Shown here: positions 12,265-24,759 of the stretch, one piece after another
Layout: each line of letters opens with the position of its first letter
Numbering within the stretch: the stretch's first letter is position 1
NCBI RefSeq assembly: GCF_001194135.2
Contig: NC_068983.1
Coordinates: 103,601,634 to 103,643,059 of the forward strand
Direction: 5' to 3'
Origin: Octopus bimaculoides
Taxonomy: Eukaryota
Length of the DNA stretch: 41,426 bases
Position numbers and translations under genes: made by a program
The notes under the pieces: generated by a model
Told to the model about the DNA's origin: nothing
Databases searched by the model: none
Seen by the model: only the letters and a program-made list of their open reading frames with translations

Positions 12265-12825
12265 GGCTATACTAGTGCCACCTGACTGGCGCCCGTGCTG
12301 GTGGCACATAATAAACACTATACAAGCATGAGTCAATACCAGTGCCACCTGACTGGCTCCCTGTGCCACTGGCTTGTAATAAGCACCATTCAAGTGGGAG
12401 TTTATACTAGATCCACCTGACTGGCTCCCCTTGCCGGTGACATGTAATAAGCACCATTCAAGTGTGAGTTTATGCTAGTTCCACCTGACTGGCTCCCCTT
12501 GCCGGTGACATGTAATAAGCACCATTCAAGTGTGGTCGATGCAAGTGCCCACCGACTGGCTCCCGTGCTAGTGGCACATAAACAGTACCATTCAAATGTG
12601 GTCAATGCCAGTGCTGCCTGACTGGACTCCTGAGCTGGTGGCACATAAAAAGCACTCACTACACTCTCAGAGTGGTTGGTGTTAGGAAGGGCATCCAGCT
12701 GTAGAAACCTTGCCAGATCAGAATGGAGCCTGGTGCAGCCTACTGGCTTTCCAGTCCTCAATTAAACCATCCAACCCATGCCGGCATGGAAAATGGACAT
12801 TAAACGATGATGATGATGATACTGT
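12265..12825 (+). mobile_element. RTE-type 3' end carrying six tandem ~67-68-bp hairpin units
   Basis: The ccacctgactgg-type core starts at 12278, 12345, 12413, 12481, 12548 and 12614; RTE tail and (GAT)n at 12805-12821. Confidence 0.85.
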
Positions 12826-12949
12826 TGTGATGAGCTCCAGATTATGTTATATTAGATCTGTATCCATTAAAGACTTGGCAATTCTGAGCAGTGTCATGTC
12901 AGTATTATTGGGAATAATTTCCCCACTGAAGTTAGTGTGGCATAATCTT

Positions 12950-13158
12950 TTATCTTTTACGTGTTTCACTCATTGGACTGTGGCCATACTGGGGTACTGC
13001 CTTGAAGGGTTTATTCAAACAAATCAACACCAGTACTTATTTTTTAAAATTGGATAATTATTTTGTTGGTCTACTTTTGCTGAACTGCTATATTATAGGG
13101 ATGTAAACCAACCAACACTGGATGTCAAGTGGTGGGGGATGAACACAACAAGCACAAA

Positions 13159-13195
<37 letters not shown>

Positions 13196-13450
13196 ACACA
13201 CATACACACACCACACACACACATCACACATACACATGTACACACACACACACAAACACGCACGCGCGCACACACACCAACACACACACATGGTGGGCTT
13301 CCACATAGTTTCTGCCTACCAAATTCACTCACAAGGCATTGGCCAGTCTGGTGCTAAAGTAGAAGCCATTTTCCCAGGTTGCTGAGCAGTAAAACTGAAC
13401 CTGAAACTACATGGTTACAAAGCAAGCTTCTTAACCACACAGCCATGCCT
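12950..13450 (-). mobile_element. Older CORE-like SINE with expanded internal (CA)n
   Basis: cattggactgtggccatactgg ... tgtaaaccaaccaacactggatgtcaagtgg ... ctaccaaattcactcacaaggc ... cttaaccacacagccatgcc. Confidence 0.8.
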
Positions 13451-13518
13451 GTACCTATTATACTTGAAGATTGCAATGAATTATAAAATTCTGATTGGAT
13501 CGTGAATTGTTTCTTCTT

Positions 13519-13727
13519 ATTTCTTTATTGCCCACAAGGGGCTAAACATAGAGGGGACAAACAAGGACAGGCAAAGGGATTAAGTCGATTACATCGACCC
13601 CAGTGCGCAACTGGTACTTAATTTATCGACCCTGAAAGGATGAAAGGCAAAGTCGACCTGGGCGGAATTTGAACTCAGAACATAACAGCAGACGAACTAC
13701 TGCTAAGCATTTCACCCGACGTGCTAA
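13519..13727 (-). mobile_element. 5'-truncated tRNA SINE with 11-bp TSD
   Basis: TSD tgtttcttctt at 13508-13518 and 13728-13738; central motif present. Confidence 0.9.
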
Positions 13728-13962
13728 TGTTTCTTCTTGATTCACAACTGTGTCTATTGGTCTGTGGGTTTGACTTTTACCTGGAAGTACCTGCAACAGA
13801 TACCAGTTGATGATGGTAACCCAAACATAATTTTTTACACAGTCATTCAAGGTACCATTACCATCAGAAGGAAATCTTCCCTCTTCCACTTGTAATAAGT
13901 TTTTGGCAAAATAAGCAGTTTGAAGATTTTTAACTTTGATCCAATATGATAATAGTTTAAAA

Positions 13963-14040
13963 CAGTGGTTCTCAACTAGGATCTATATGACCCCTGAGGG
14001 TCCATGTGAGATATTTGGAGGTCGGTCCACACAACAAAAT
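13963..14040. mobile_element. hAT/Charlie-like terminus fragment
   Basis: Starts cagtggttctcaac, the typical hAT-Charlie TIR; the partner end was not found. Confidence 0.4.
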
Positions 14041-14145
14041 AGTAAATTGCTTGAGCACACGTGCGTGTATGAAAGAATTCTTTTGGGGAACAGTTGATCT
14101 CAAACCACACAAAGCTATAAACAACAGCACATAAACATGATCCCA

Positions 14146-14416
14146 GGTATGTTCACTGCCATAAATTCATTGCAGGAGAGTTCACCACCATCAATTCACT
14201 ATGAAGAAAGTTCACCATGTAAAAAGTTCACTGTGAAGAAAATTCACTGCAAGGAAAGTTTACCAAGAAAATATATCCATAGTCTCTCACCATTAATAGT
14301 TAAAAACTATTTTACTAAAAAAAACAAAAAATGTGAGAAAAATTGAAATTGAAAAATTATGTCAAAAAATTTGTGCAGTGGACTTTCCCTGCAGTGAATT
14401 CATGACTGAACTTACC
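14146..14416. mobile_element. Foldback-like MITE with ~45-bp imperfect TIRs and ~15-bp subterminal repeats
   Basis: Left ggtatgttcactgccataaattcattgcaggagagttcacc versus reverse complement of the right end ggtaagttcagtcatgaattcactgcagggaaagtccac. Repeated aaagttcac(c/t)/aaattcact units. Confidence 0.7.
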
Positions 14417-14883
14417 AGATATGCATAAATATTGGGCTGACAACCCCTTTTGGATTGAAAATGTCAAAGACTGTCCATGGGACTCAAACTCATATCTCCT
14501 GTAGACATATATTTCAACCCAATATTTTGTATGCCACTGTTCCAAAAAAGAATCATTTTGCATTCTCTTGAAAGTTTATAAATTTTTTTGATGTCAACAA
14601 TATATATATATCTATGTATTTACTATAATTCCATTAACATCTAAGATGTTAGATAGAAATACTAAATTGTCTTCAGGACTCGAATGGCATTTTATCATAT
14701 TGACCTTGGAAGGATGAAAGGCAAAATTAGCCCCAACAGAATTTGAACTCAGTATGAATAAAATCTTAAATACTTGAAGCTTGTTCAAATGTTTTATTGA
14801 TTATGCCAAATTACCATAGTGATGTACCTCCAAATGTTTCTGATGAGCTGAGATTCCAACATAAATTAGCTGTTGCTGCTGCT

Positions 14884-14935
<52 letters not shown>

Positions 14936-15619
14936 ATGATGTTAAGTTATCAAAACTATTAAATTATTAATTATTAATTTCATTCACTGGTGAAATTAAT
15001 AGAGTTAGACATATCAATCAAATGTCAGTATAATCATAATGAATGTATTTACTGCTTGATTATATTTACAATTAACAATAATAATCTAACGAGTGGTGAA
15101 TAGATTGCTGCTATTCCTGTTATTGCTGTGTAACATCAGACCAACCCTGATCAAAAGACACTCCATGCATGACAATCCTTTTTTTGGTTGGGGTATATCT
15201 AAGATTATATTATCTATTGCTTCCTTCCTATTATTGATAACAAGATGGTTGAATGCGATTTGGCTGCTATTTCTAGCAAGTTGATTAATATCATACAAGC
15301 TTTCTCAGTGACTTCTTTATGATCAACCTTGTTCACTTTGGTGCAAAGAGGGAAAAGGTTTTGTGATGTTCAAATTTGTCCAAAGAGTGTTATTGATATA
15401 AGTGATGTGAAAGAAATACAATTCGGATTCAAAAAAACTGTTATAGCATCTTTTCACTGTAAGCTTTCCTCTCCTCCAGGGATTTGAAAACTGTTTTTTT
15501 GGAAGCAAGCCAGATTGGAAATTCTTTAAGACTTGCAAGCCAAAGCAAATAAAAAAATGAAAATATGATCATGCAAGCCAATATAAACAATTTATATTAA
15601 AAAAAAATCTTTTAAAGTC

Positions 15620-16185
15620 ATGTGCAAGCATAGTTGTGTGGATACAAGCATGGCCATGTGGTTAAGAAGTTCCCTTTGCAACCATGTGGTTTTGGGTTCA
15701 GCTGATTGAACTGGAGCAACATGAAATAAAGTGTCTGGCTCAAGAACACAGCACACAGCCTGGTCCAGGAATTGAACTCACAACCTCATGATTGTGAGGC
15801 CAACACTCTAACCACTGAACCATGTGTCTTCTGAACTTGTGTCCCCCATAACTCAGTGGTTTGGTGAAAGAGACTGATAGAATAAGAACCAGTCTTAAAA
15901 ACAGAAGAACAAGTACTGGGGTTGATTTGTTTGACTAAACCCTTCAAGGTGGCCAGACTGTTTTAGTTGCATTATAGACCCCAGGCAAATCAATGAACTG
16001 GGCCCAATAATATTTTTATTACTTTTCTTTTAATTGCAAGCCACAACATACATATAATAGAATTGGGTCTGTAGACCTGTGAGGACCTTGGGTAACTATC
16101 CCTAAAGACAGCACTGTAAGGTAGTGCTCCAGCATGGCTGCAGTCCAATAATTGAAACAAGTCAAAGAAAGTAAAAGAAAAGAAA
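15620..16185. mobile_element. CORE-like SINE (+) interrupted by a minus-strand tRNA-SINE head (~15700-15830)
   Basis: gcatggccatgtggttaagaag head; inverted head ccaggaattgaactcacaac...ctaaccactg; 3' module cataactcagtggtttgg...gctccagcatggctgcagtcc. Confidence 0.7.
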
Positions 16186-16210
16186 GTCATGAAGGAACCA
16201 CTACATATTT

Positions 16211-16597
16211 GTTGTTGTTTGCACTCCGTCGCTTACGACGTCGAGGGTTTCAGTTGATCCGATCAATGGAACAGCCTGCTTGTGAAATTAATGTGCAAGT
16301 GGCTGAGCACTCCACAGACACGTGTACCCTTAATGTAGTTCTCAGGGATATTCAGTGTGACACAGTGTGACAAGGCTGACCCTTTGAATTACAGGCACAA
16401 CAGAAACAGGAAATAAGAGTGAGAGAAAGTTGTGGGGAAAGAGTACAGCAGAGTTTGCCACCATCCCCTGCCGGAGCCACATGGAGCTTTAGGTGTTTTC
16501 GCTCAATAAATACTCACAACGCCCGGTCTGGGAATCGAAACCGCGATCCTATGACCGCGAGTCCGCTGCCCTAACCACTGGGTCATTGCGCCTCCAC
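16211..16597 (-). mobile_element. Young intact tRNA-derived SINE with (CAA)n tail and TSD
   Basis: Head gtggaggcgcaatgacccagtggttaggg...ggtttcgattccc; CpG retained; duplication ccactacatattt at 16198-16210 and 16594-16606. Confidence 0.9.
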
Positions 16598-17239
16598 TAC
16601 ATATTTAATAACATAAAAATAGGCACAGCAAGCAATGAAGAGTTAAAACGTTTTTATTTAGCCTGAATGGGAATGATTGTAGTTTCAGATTAAATATGGT
16701 ACCAGCTAATTCACTTGCATTCCTTAAGGGCAAATAAACTTCTTTTTTTTTTTTGTCACTCCTGCCTTTCTCAGAATTGATATTCAGGTAAACTATATTT
16801 TGACACGTATGAGATATAGTAAGTTTCTATTACTCCTTTCATTTAAGAAGGTGAAAATATTTACTGTTGAAAGGTTTCCTTTTTTTTATCAAGTGAATTC
16901 ATCTCATTTAAAATAAAAAAAAAGTTTATATAAACATAAAACATTGATTCATTTTAGGTCACTACAAAATGAGACTTTTGCTCTATTTTTCAATACTGAA
17001 TGTAATTGTTTGTTAAACAAATGTAGATAAGGAAAACAAAGAATGTTTATATGCAATGTCACATATTCAAAAAAGTCAGTGGATTGGATGAAATGAGGGT
17101 ATGGGCTATTTTGCTGACTTTTACTCTACTGTGTGGTATACTACACCAATATGGAGGCATGTTAATTGCTTTGATAAGGCACAATGTCCAATTTTTATAC
17201 AGAAGAATATAACTTACTGAATCATCTCCAGTAAATTGA

Positions 17240-17705
17240 TTATCATTACCATTATCATCATCATCGTCATCATTGTCGTAGTTGTCATCATTGTTTAACA
17301 TTCACTTTTCCGTGCTTCCATAGGTCACATAGAACTTGCTGAAGCAGGTTATTTCTATGGCCAGATGCCCTCCCTGTTCCCAACTGTCACGTTTTTCCAA
17401 GCATGGCAATATTTTTCCATGGCCAGTTATATTTTTCATGCAAGACTGGAAACAAACAATATCGTTTTTATGATGCTTGTTTGTAATTCCCACATGATGT
17501 CAACACAAGGGTAAACACAGTTGACAGACATATGTGTGTGTGTTTGTGTGATGGGCTTCTTTTAATTTCTTCTACCAAATCCATTCACAAGGCCTTGGTT
17601 GACCTAGGGCTATAGTAGAAGATATTTGCCCAAGGTGCCATGCAGTGGTAGTGAACCCAAGACTAGATGGCTGAGAAGCAAGCTTCTTGACCACACAGCC
17701 ACGCT
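17240..17705 (-). mobile_element. SINE with CORE-like head and RTE-type (GAT)n tail
   Basis: Head reverse complement gtggctgtgtggtcaagaagcttg; tail cacttttccgtgctt...gcaggttatttctatggccagatgccc. Confidence 0.75.
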
Positions 17706-18517
17706 TACACTGATTATTGGTATTTATTCTATAGACCCCCTTTAGGTGATGAGAGTAAATTTGGTTCTAGTCAAGGCAATATTAAATGTTATACTGGGAT
17801 AGGATTGGGAAGAGAAAATTCTTACCCAGTGAGTTCTTACATGGCAGATAGAGAAATAACTTCTGGATTGGCAGAAAATATAGAAATAAGCCACCCTGAA
17901 CCAAACACAGGTGACTCTTTAGCATGACATAACATCATCAGGTACCCAGCCTAGGGTTTATAAGTGAAGCCACAGGGAAGAAAACATAGTGATGTGCAGT
18001 TTTGACAAAATAGTCATGTGGGTATCATTGACCAATGGTGATACACCACTCAAGGCTAGGTAGAGGTTAGTGAGGTTAGTGTATTACTGATAAAATCTAC
18101 AGACCCAATGACTGTGGATGTTATTAGTCAATGAAAGATTTCCATGACTCACAAATCTGAGCAAGTTTGACCAGATGAATGGCATTCAAAGTCAGCCTGT
18201 AGAACGATGAGATTGAATGTTATAAAATATGTAATAGCACTCTGCTATTACATCACTTTATGAATAAAAACACAGTACAAATGAAAAATATACCCCCATA
18301 TTAGCTGTTGATGTAATCAGAATTTAGAAATTTCAAGAAATAATTTACTTTAGAAACTGGGTATCTTGAGGCTTTTATTTGTAGCTTTATTCAGTTTGAG
18401 ATACACTGTTCCTGAAAAACATTATGAATATATGGTGAAGTATATTTGCCACTTAAATGTGGCTGACCCCTAAGGGTGGATGTTACTGTTGCATTATGAA
18501 TATATGTCTTCATGCAA

Positions 18518-18602
18518 CTCTCTCTGTCTGTCTGTCTGTCTCTCTCTCTGTCTGCCTGTCTCTCTCTCTGTCTGTCTGTCTCTCTGTCTGTCTCTCAGTC
18601 TG

Positions 18603-18691
<89 letters not shown>

Positions 18692-18908
18692 GTCTGTCTG
18701 TCTCTCTCTGTCTGTCTCTCTGTCTGTCTGTCTGTCTGTCTCTGTCTGTCTGTCTCTCTCTGTCTGTCTCTCTCTCTCTCTGTCTGTCTCTCTCTCTCTA
18801 TCTGTCTGTCTCTCTCTCTGTGTCTGTCGTTCTGTCTCTCTCTGTCTCTCTCTGTCTGTCTCTCACGCTCTCACTCTGTCTGTCTCTCTCTCTCTCTTTC
18901 TCTCTCTG
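18518..18908. repeat. Compound (TC)n/(TCTG)n microsatellite
   Basis: Directly visible; source of three spurious Leu/Ser/Val/Cys ORFs. Confidence 0.95.
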
Positions 18909-19419
18909 TTAGTTACACAGCCACATACATACACACACACACACACGTTTCACTATTTTGTTGTATTTTAAAGTGAGGATGTAACATCAGAAGCCACCTA
19001 TTGACCATTGATTTATCAATAATTTTACTAAATTTATTTCATCTTCAACCCAATAATTGAAAATAATTGCAAACAGAGGTCCAGAGAACATTGAAGGAAT
19101 TAAGGTCTTTTTTTTTACCAAGCAATGTAAACATTAATACACTTAATGCAGCAAGTATGACTACTTTATTAACACAACACTCATAGCGAGGAGGGGTAAA
19201 CAATGCTGAACAATGATTAAATCAACAAAATAAAAGCAAAAGCAACAACTCACAATAAAACGAATAAAATTTTTCAAAATGAGTAAATTAGAAAATAAAC
19301 ACTGTGATGAGGGTAAACTTCAGTTTTTAAAGCTAATTATATTTCAGTATTATTTAAAAACCAATAGTTCAACACTATGTTTTCCCACCCTCTTCTTCTC
19401 TTTTTATCAATTTGTCTCT

Positions 19420-19650
19420 GTATTTCTCTCTCTCTCTCTCTCCATCTATCTCTATATCGTCTTCTCTCTGTTTATCCACTTATCTATATATCTCCTTTAC
19501 AGTCAATCAGTCTCAATATCTTGCTCTCTCTCTCTCTCTCTCCCTCCTTTCTCTCTCTCTCATTCTTTTTTCTTTCTTTCTTTCTTTCTTTCTCTCTCTC
19601 TCTCCCTCTCTCTAGCTATCTTTCTGTCTATATCTATCTATCTATCTATT

Positions 19651-19699
<49 letters not shown>

Positions 19700-19700
19700 T
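19420..19700. repeat. Compound (TC)n/(TTTC)n/(TATC)n/(CA)n microsatellite
   Basis: Directly visible. Confidence 0.9.
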
Positions 19701-20084
19701 TTTTTCTGTTAATACATCTACATCTTCCCCACTCTCCAAACCCTATTTCTCATTCTCTCTCTCTTTCTCTGTCTTAATCTATCTATCTTGCTATCACCAT
19801 GATCATCATCTCCAACCAATCAGTTGAGGTTAGTGCAATTAAAGTTAAGATGGGAGAAAATGAGAACAGTAAATGTTCTTGAGGATTTTATTTTGCTAAA
19901 AGAATGAGGAATTGTTTTGAACCAGTTTGTGGGAACAGTAGTAGTGGAAGCAGATAAATCTTGTAAATTTGGGCAAAAGTGGTATAGCATATCCTCTCTC
20001 AAAGAACATATATTTCAGTTGCAATACACTGCATTTGTTTTGATTCATTTTATAATATAATAAAGAATTCATTTTTAGTATAAT

Positions 20085-20492
20085 ACTCTTTACTCTCTTT
20101 TACTCTTTTACTTGTTTCAGTCATTTGACTGTGGCCATGCTGGAACACCACCTTTAGTCGAGCAAATCGACCCCAGGACTTATTCTTTGGATACCTAGTA
20201 CTTATTCTATCGGTCTCTTTTGCCGAACCGCTAAGTTACGGGGGCGTAAACACACCAGCATCTGTTGTCAAGCGATGGTGGGGGGGGACAAACACAGACA
20301 CACAAACACGCATATATATACATATACACATATATACGATAGGTTTCTTTCAGTTTCCGTCTACCAAATCCACTCACAAGGCTTTGGTCGGCCCGAGGCT
20401 ATAGTAGAAGACAATTGCCCAAGGTGCCACGCAGTGGGACTGAACCCGGAACCATGTGGTTGGTAAGCAAGCTACTTACCACACAGCCACTC
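20085..20492 (-). mobile_element. Full-length young CORE-like SINE with (GTAAAAGA)n tail
   Basis: Near reverse complement of 10834-11230; tail tactcttt repeats at ~20087-20110. Confidence 0.9.
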
Positions 20493-20734
20493 CTGCTGAA
20501 GAATTTAGCAAAATAACTTGGTCATTATTAAGCTACTATTTTAAAGACAGCAAACTGGAAGAATCATTAGCATGCCAGGCAAAATGCTTAATGACGTTTC
20601 ATCTTGCATTACATTCTGAGTTCAAATCCTGCCAAGGTTGACTTTGCCTTTCATCTTTTTTGGGGTTGATGAAATAAAGTACCAGTTATAACATTTATAA
20701 TGTGTATACAATTGTGGAATGGTACAAACAATAT

Positions 20735-21265
20735 CTCTTCTTTTATTTGTTTCAGTCATTAGAGTGTGGCCATGCTGGAGCACCATTTTGAAAAATTTTA
20801 ATCAAATGAATCAACCCCTGGTACTTATACTATTGGCCTCTTTTGCCAAACCACTAACTTACAGGGATGTAAACACACCAACACCAGTTGTCAAGTGGTG
20901 GTGGGGGCACAAACACAGATGCAAAGACACACATGCACAGACACTTACACACACACTCACACACACACTTATGCATACATGCACATATATACATAACTAC
21001 ACACATACGCATGCACACACACATACACAGACACACACACACATGTATACATAATACATGCATACATACGTACATACATACATACATACATACATACATA
21101 CATACATACATACAATGGGTTTCTTTCAGTTTCTAGATCCATTCACAAGATATTGGTCGGCCTAAGGCAATAGTGGAAGACACTTGCCCAAAGTGCTATG
21201 CAGTGGGACTGAATGTGGAATAATGTGGTTGTGAAGCAAGCTTCTTACCAAACAGCTATACCTGT
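20735..21265 (-). mobile_element. Older CORE-like SINE with expanded internal (CA)/(CATA)n
   Basis: gtttcagtcattagagtgtggccatgctggagcacc ... gaagacacttgcccaaagtgc ... cttcttaccaaacagc. Confidence 0.8.
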
Positions 21266-21305
21266 TTTTAAAGTAGGGACATAATCCAAGTTTCTCAAAT
21301 GTAAT

Positions 21306-21742
21306 TCTCTTTTACTCTTTTACTTGTTTCAGTCATTTGACTGCGGCCATGCTGGAGCACTGCCTTTAGTCGAGGAAATCGACCCCAGAACTTATTCTTT
21401 GTAAGCCTAGTACTTATTCTATCGATCTCTTTTTGCCGAACTGCTAAGTTACGGGGACGTAAACACACCAGCATCGGTTGTCAAGCAATGGTGGGGGAGA
21501 CAAACACAGACACACAAACACACACACACATATCTACATACATACAACGGGCTTCTTTCAGTTTCCGTCTACCAAATTCACTCACAAGGCTTTGGTCGGC
21601 CCAAGGTTATAGTAGAAGACACTTGCCAAGGTGCCACNNNNNNNNNNGTTATAGTAGAAGACACTTGCCAAGGTGCCACGCAATGGGATTGAACCCGGAA
21701 CCATGTGGTTGGTAAGCAAGCTATTTACCACACAGCCACTCC
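21306..21742 (-). mobile_element. Full-length young CORE-like SINE (contains a 10-N gap)
   Basis: Same architecture as 20085-20492; short taatt duplication at the flanks. Confidence 0.9.
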
Positions 21743-21814
21743 TAATTGTTTATAAGGTTTTTTCTGCGCCGCAATAACTTTATGGTCAAGACATTTGTTT
21801 CCATATAGATGCTG

Positions 21815-22377
21815 ACAAGGCTGCTTGGTCAAAAAGCTTGCTTCCCATTCACATTGTGTGGTACCTTTGGCAAGTACCTTGTGCTGTATCCTTGGACTGG
21901 CCAAAGCATTGTGTGTGAATTTGGTAGATAAAAACTGAAACTCATTCTGTGTGTATATATATATGTAGGCAGTTTTGTGCGTGCGTGTGTGTGTGTGTGT
22001 GTGTGTGTTCTAGTTATAAATGTGCATCACTGTGACTAAATTTGTTTTTATTTCCAATCTTCCATGAAATCATGTCAAGCTATGAAGTGCTATGAGGAAC
22101 TATTGAAATATTACCCTTACCTGGAAACAGGTCTGGAGTCCAGGGTGATGACAGGAAGGGTCATCTAGCTGTAGAAAATCTGCCTCAGTGAATTCTATCT
22201 GACCTAAAGCATGAAAAAGTGGACATTAAAACAATGATGATATTGATGACGATGATGATGATGAGCATGATGACAACGATGTTGATGATGATGATGATGA
22301 CAATGATGAGAAAAATGACAATGATGAGATAATCATGATGATGGTAACGATGACGGCGGTGATGAAAATGATGAGGA

Positions 22378-22432
<55 letters not shown>

Positions 22433-22460
22433 GATGATGATGATGCTGATGATGATGATG
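21815..22460 (+). mobile_element. SINE with CORE-like head and RTE-type tail expanded into (GAT)n/(GCT)n
   Basis: ggtacctttggcaagt head; gacaggaagggtcatctagctgtagaaaatctgcc...gtggacattaaaacaatgatg. Confidence 0.75.
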
Positions 22461-22989
22461 TGAGCATAACCAACTTGGTTGTAAATTTGATCATTCAGAA
22501 ATGAAAACATACAAGTTATAATCTTGTATGTATTTATATTGTAAGAAGGAGTTTTTTTATTTTTTTTATTACACTGGAATACTGGATGAGAGAAAAAAAG
22601 GTGGTGGGGTAAAAATAAAAGAAATAAGAACCAACAGGAAAGAATAAAATAGCAAAACATAAAAGTACAGAAATATAACAATATGACTTTAAATAGTCTG
22701 AACCACTAAAATTTCAAGTTTCTTATAAATTGGAATTATCTCTAAGATATATTATTCAGATTTTCTTTCAACTGAAGGAATTTCACAGATTCTCTAACTG
22801 TAATTGTATATGCCTATTATAAAAGAAAAAAAAAAAAACAGACAAATTCTTGCTGAAGTATGTTATGAGTTGGTAATTCTAATATTCTCACATAGAAGCA
22901 AATCTCAAATGATTACTTCAGCCAACATTTGATAGTTTACAATCCATAAGTTTCAGGACTTATGTTATATGACTTCCTTATTTTCACTT

Positions 22990-23200
22990 TTAAACTTTAA
23001 TTAATTTTTGTTTTCTGTATTAATTTCACTACCTTCCCCTCTGACTTCATAAAGTTGCCTAGTCATCCAAAATTGATCTTACAATTAATATTTTTTCCTG
23101 ACATAAAAATCTTTGCCAAACCTCCAGTTCTTTAAGGATCTTGAAACACTGTCAGCATGATAGACACACCTAAACTTCATTAAAGAACTTATAATAACAA
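22990..23200 (+). mobile_element. Possible decayed CR1/L2-type RT remnant
   Basis: Frames give LPSHPKLILQLIFFPDIKIF and KDLETLSA**THLNF, resembling LP...LFADDTKIF and DL..L..W...LNF. Weak. Confidence 0.3.
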
Positions 23201-23855
23201 CTATACTTTTGAACTGAGAGTCTGGATATTAGTTTCATTGAATAAAGTTTTGTGAATTTTATTAGGTTATTAAAAATGATTGGTGAAGCGATTAGTCATT
23301 TTTTTTTTTTTAAGAGTGATATAATTTTATTTCTGCAAATATGTATTTCAGCATTTTTTCTTTTCAAAAAAATTATTTTTTTATTTGCTTTCTGAGGGAG
23401 TACACAATCTTCCTTACACTAAAATTACATCTTTTTAATGAAACATCTCTCAATTAACATATACACAGAACACTTGGAATTAGTTTCAAATGTACTATAA
23501 ACAATATTACTTTGTAAAATTTAGTGGAAGAACTTGACATGTTTGTTAGAAAAGTCATCAAGTTCAACAGTTAAAATGATATAGGGAAGCCAAGAGAAAC
23601 TATGAGACCAATTTCAATCGACTCCCTTCAGCTTATATTCTAAATTAAATAATCTCATACATACTAACATGGAAATACAGATGTAAATATATAAATTGTT
23701 GTGGTGATGTTATGGCTTTTAATTTATGATATTGTAGATTATATATGCAATACAGTGTAGTGTATTCTTATAAAGTATAGTATAAAAAAATATGTACATA
23801 CATACATACAAACATACATGCAGGCATACATACATGCATGCATGCATACATACAT

Positions 23856-24487
23856 TTGTGAAGTTAACACTGAAAATATCACCCACATCATTGCAGTATT
23901 AACTACCTATGGGACATGATGTTGTTGCCATGAAACATAATATATCTGACATAGTGATTTGGGACAGAGAAGGGAAACCGTATATAGTAGTAGGAATCAG
24001 CTGCCCGTCAGATGGTAACATAAGGCTAAAGATCAGTGATAAAGAAAATACATATGCTCGACTATTGAAGAAGAATCTACAGTAACTCTACCCATATTAC
24101 AAATTCAGGTTTATACTGGAAATTATTGAGGCATTGGGATATGTAACACACTGCTTAAACATCAATCTTGAGAAATTAGGCTTCTCAAAGCCAGAAGGGA
24201 GAAAGCTGATTTGAAGACTACAGATCCAATCCATCAGTGGAATTATAAAAATCTGTAAAACTTTCCAGAAGTTTATCATTCAAGTATACATGTGTGTGTC
24301 TAGACATGTAACTATATGTATGAGAATACATTCATATAACAAAACATACAAATCTGCACATATACATACATGCATACTAAAATACCTTATTGTTGATGTT
24401 GAAATTCCAATGAAGGAGCCTTGGATCTAGGTTAGAAACCGGTTCTTTCTATATTAGCAAGAAATCTTGAAATAAACTGAATAATGA
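23856..24487 (+). mobile_element. 5'-truncated R4-type RLE non-LTR retrotransposon (CCHC remnant, RLE domain, 3' UTR) between (CATA)n tracts
   Basis: Translation: CEVNTENITHII / LPMGHDVVA / HNISDIVIWDREGKPYIVVGISCPSDGNIRLKISDKENTYARLL...FRFILEIIEALGYV...RLQIQSISGIIKICKTF, the PD..(D/E)..P.D...K..K...Y pattern of R2/R4 endonucleases, with internal stops. (CATA)n at ~23793-23855 and from 24488. Confidence 0.8.
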
Positions 24488-24544
24488 CATACATATATAC
24501 ATACATACATACATACATATACATGCACACACACACACACACAC

Positions 24545-24577
<33 letters not shown>

Positions 24578-24584
24578 CGCATAT

Positions 24585-24645
<61 letters not shown>

Positions 24646-24759
24646 AATATACACACGTATTTTTCATTCATTGGCAATGTCCTGTACTTAATGTGTATTT
24701 TTTATTTATAATCGAATGTCACGTGGCCTTGTCCACAGTAAGTTCTTATGTATACATAT

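Noticed and set aside
12275-12655. Palindromic 67-bp units as a CRISPR-like repeat-spacer array
   Set aside because: Inter-palindrome segments are homologous to each other, and the array is continuous with an RTE 3' tail.
15323-15490. Plus-strand open frame ...VIDISDVKEIQFGFKK... as a host exon
   Set aside because: It is bounded by stops with no good acceptor. QFGF suggests LINE debris, but the evidence is too weak to call.
16520-16597. tRNA gene (also heads at 5135 and 38367)
   Set aside because: A/B boxes are present, but there is no closing acceptor stem. The head continues into a SINE body, with tail and TSD at the 16211 and 5135 copies.
17093-17212. Short signal-peptide-like ORF MRVWAILLTFTLLCGILHQYGG
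   Set aside because: Only ~39 aa, with no supporting splice or promoter evidence; expected by chance in T-rich DNA.
21606-21679. Tandem duplication gttatagtagaagacacttgccaaggtgccac
   Set aside because: The copies sit on either side of a 10-N gap, typical of unmerged contig overlap.
23080-23145. Minus-strand exon CFKILKELEVWQRFLCQEKILI
   Set aside because: The opposite strand reads as a decayed LINE RT segment, so the open frame is probably incidental.
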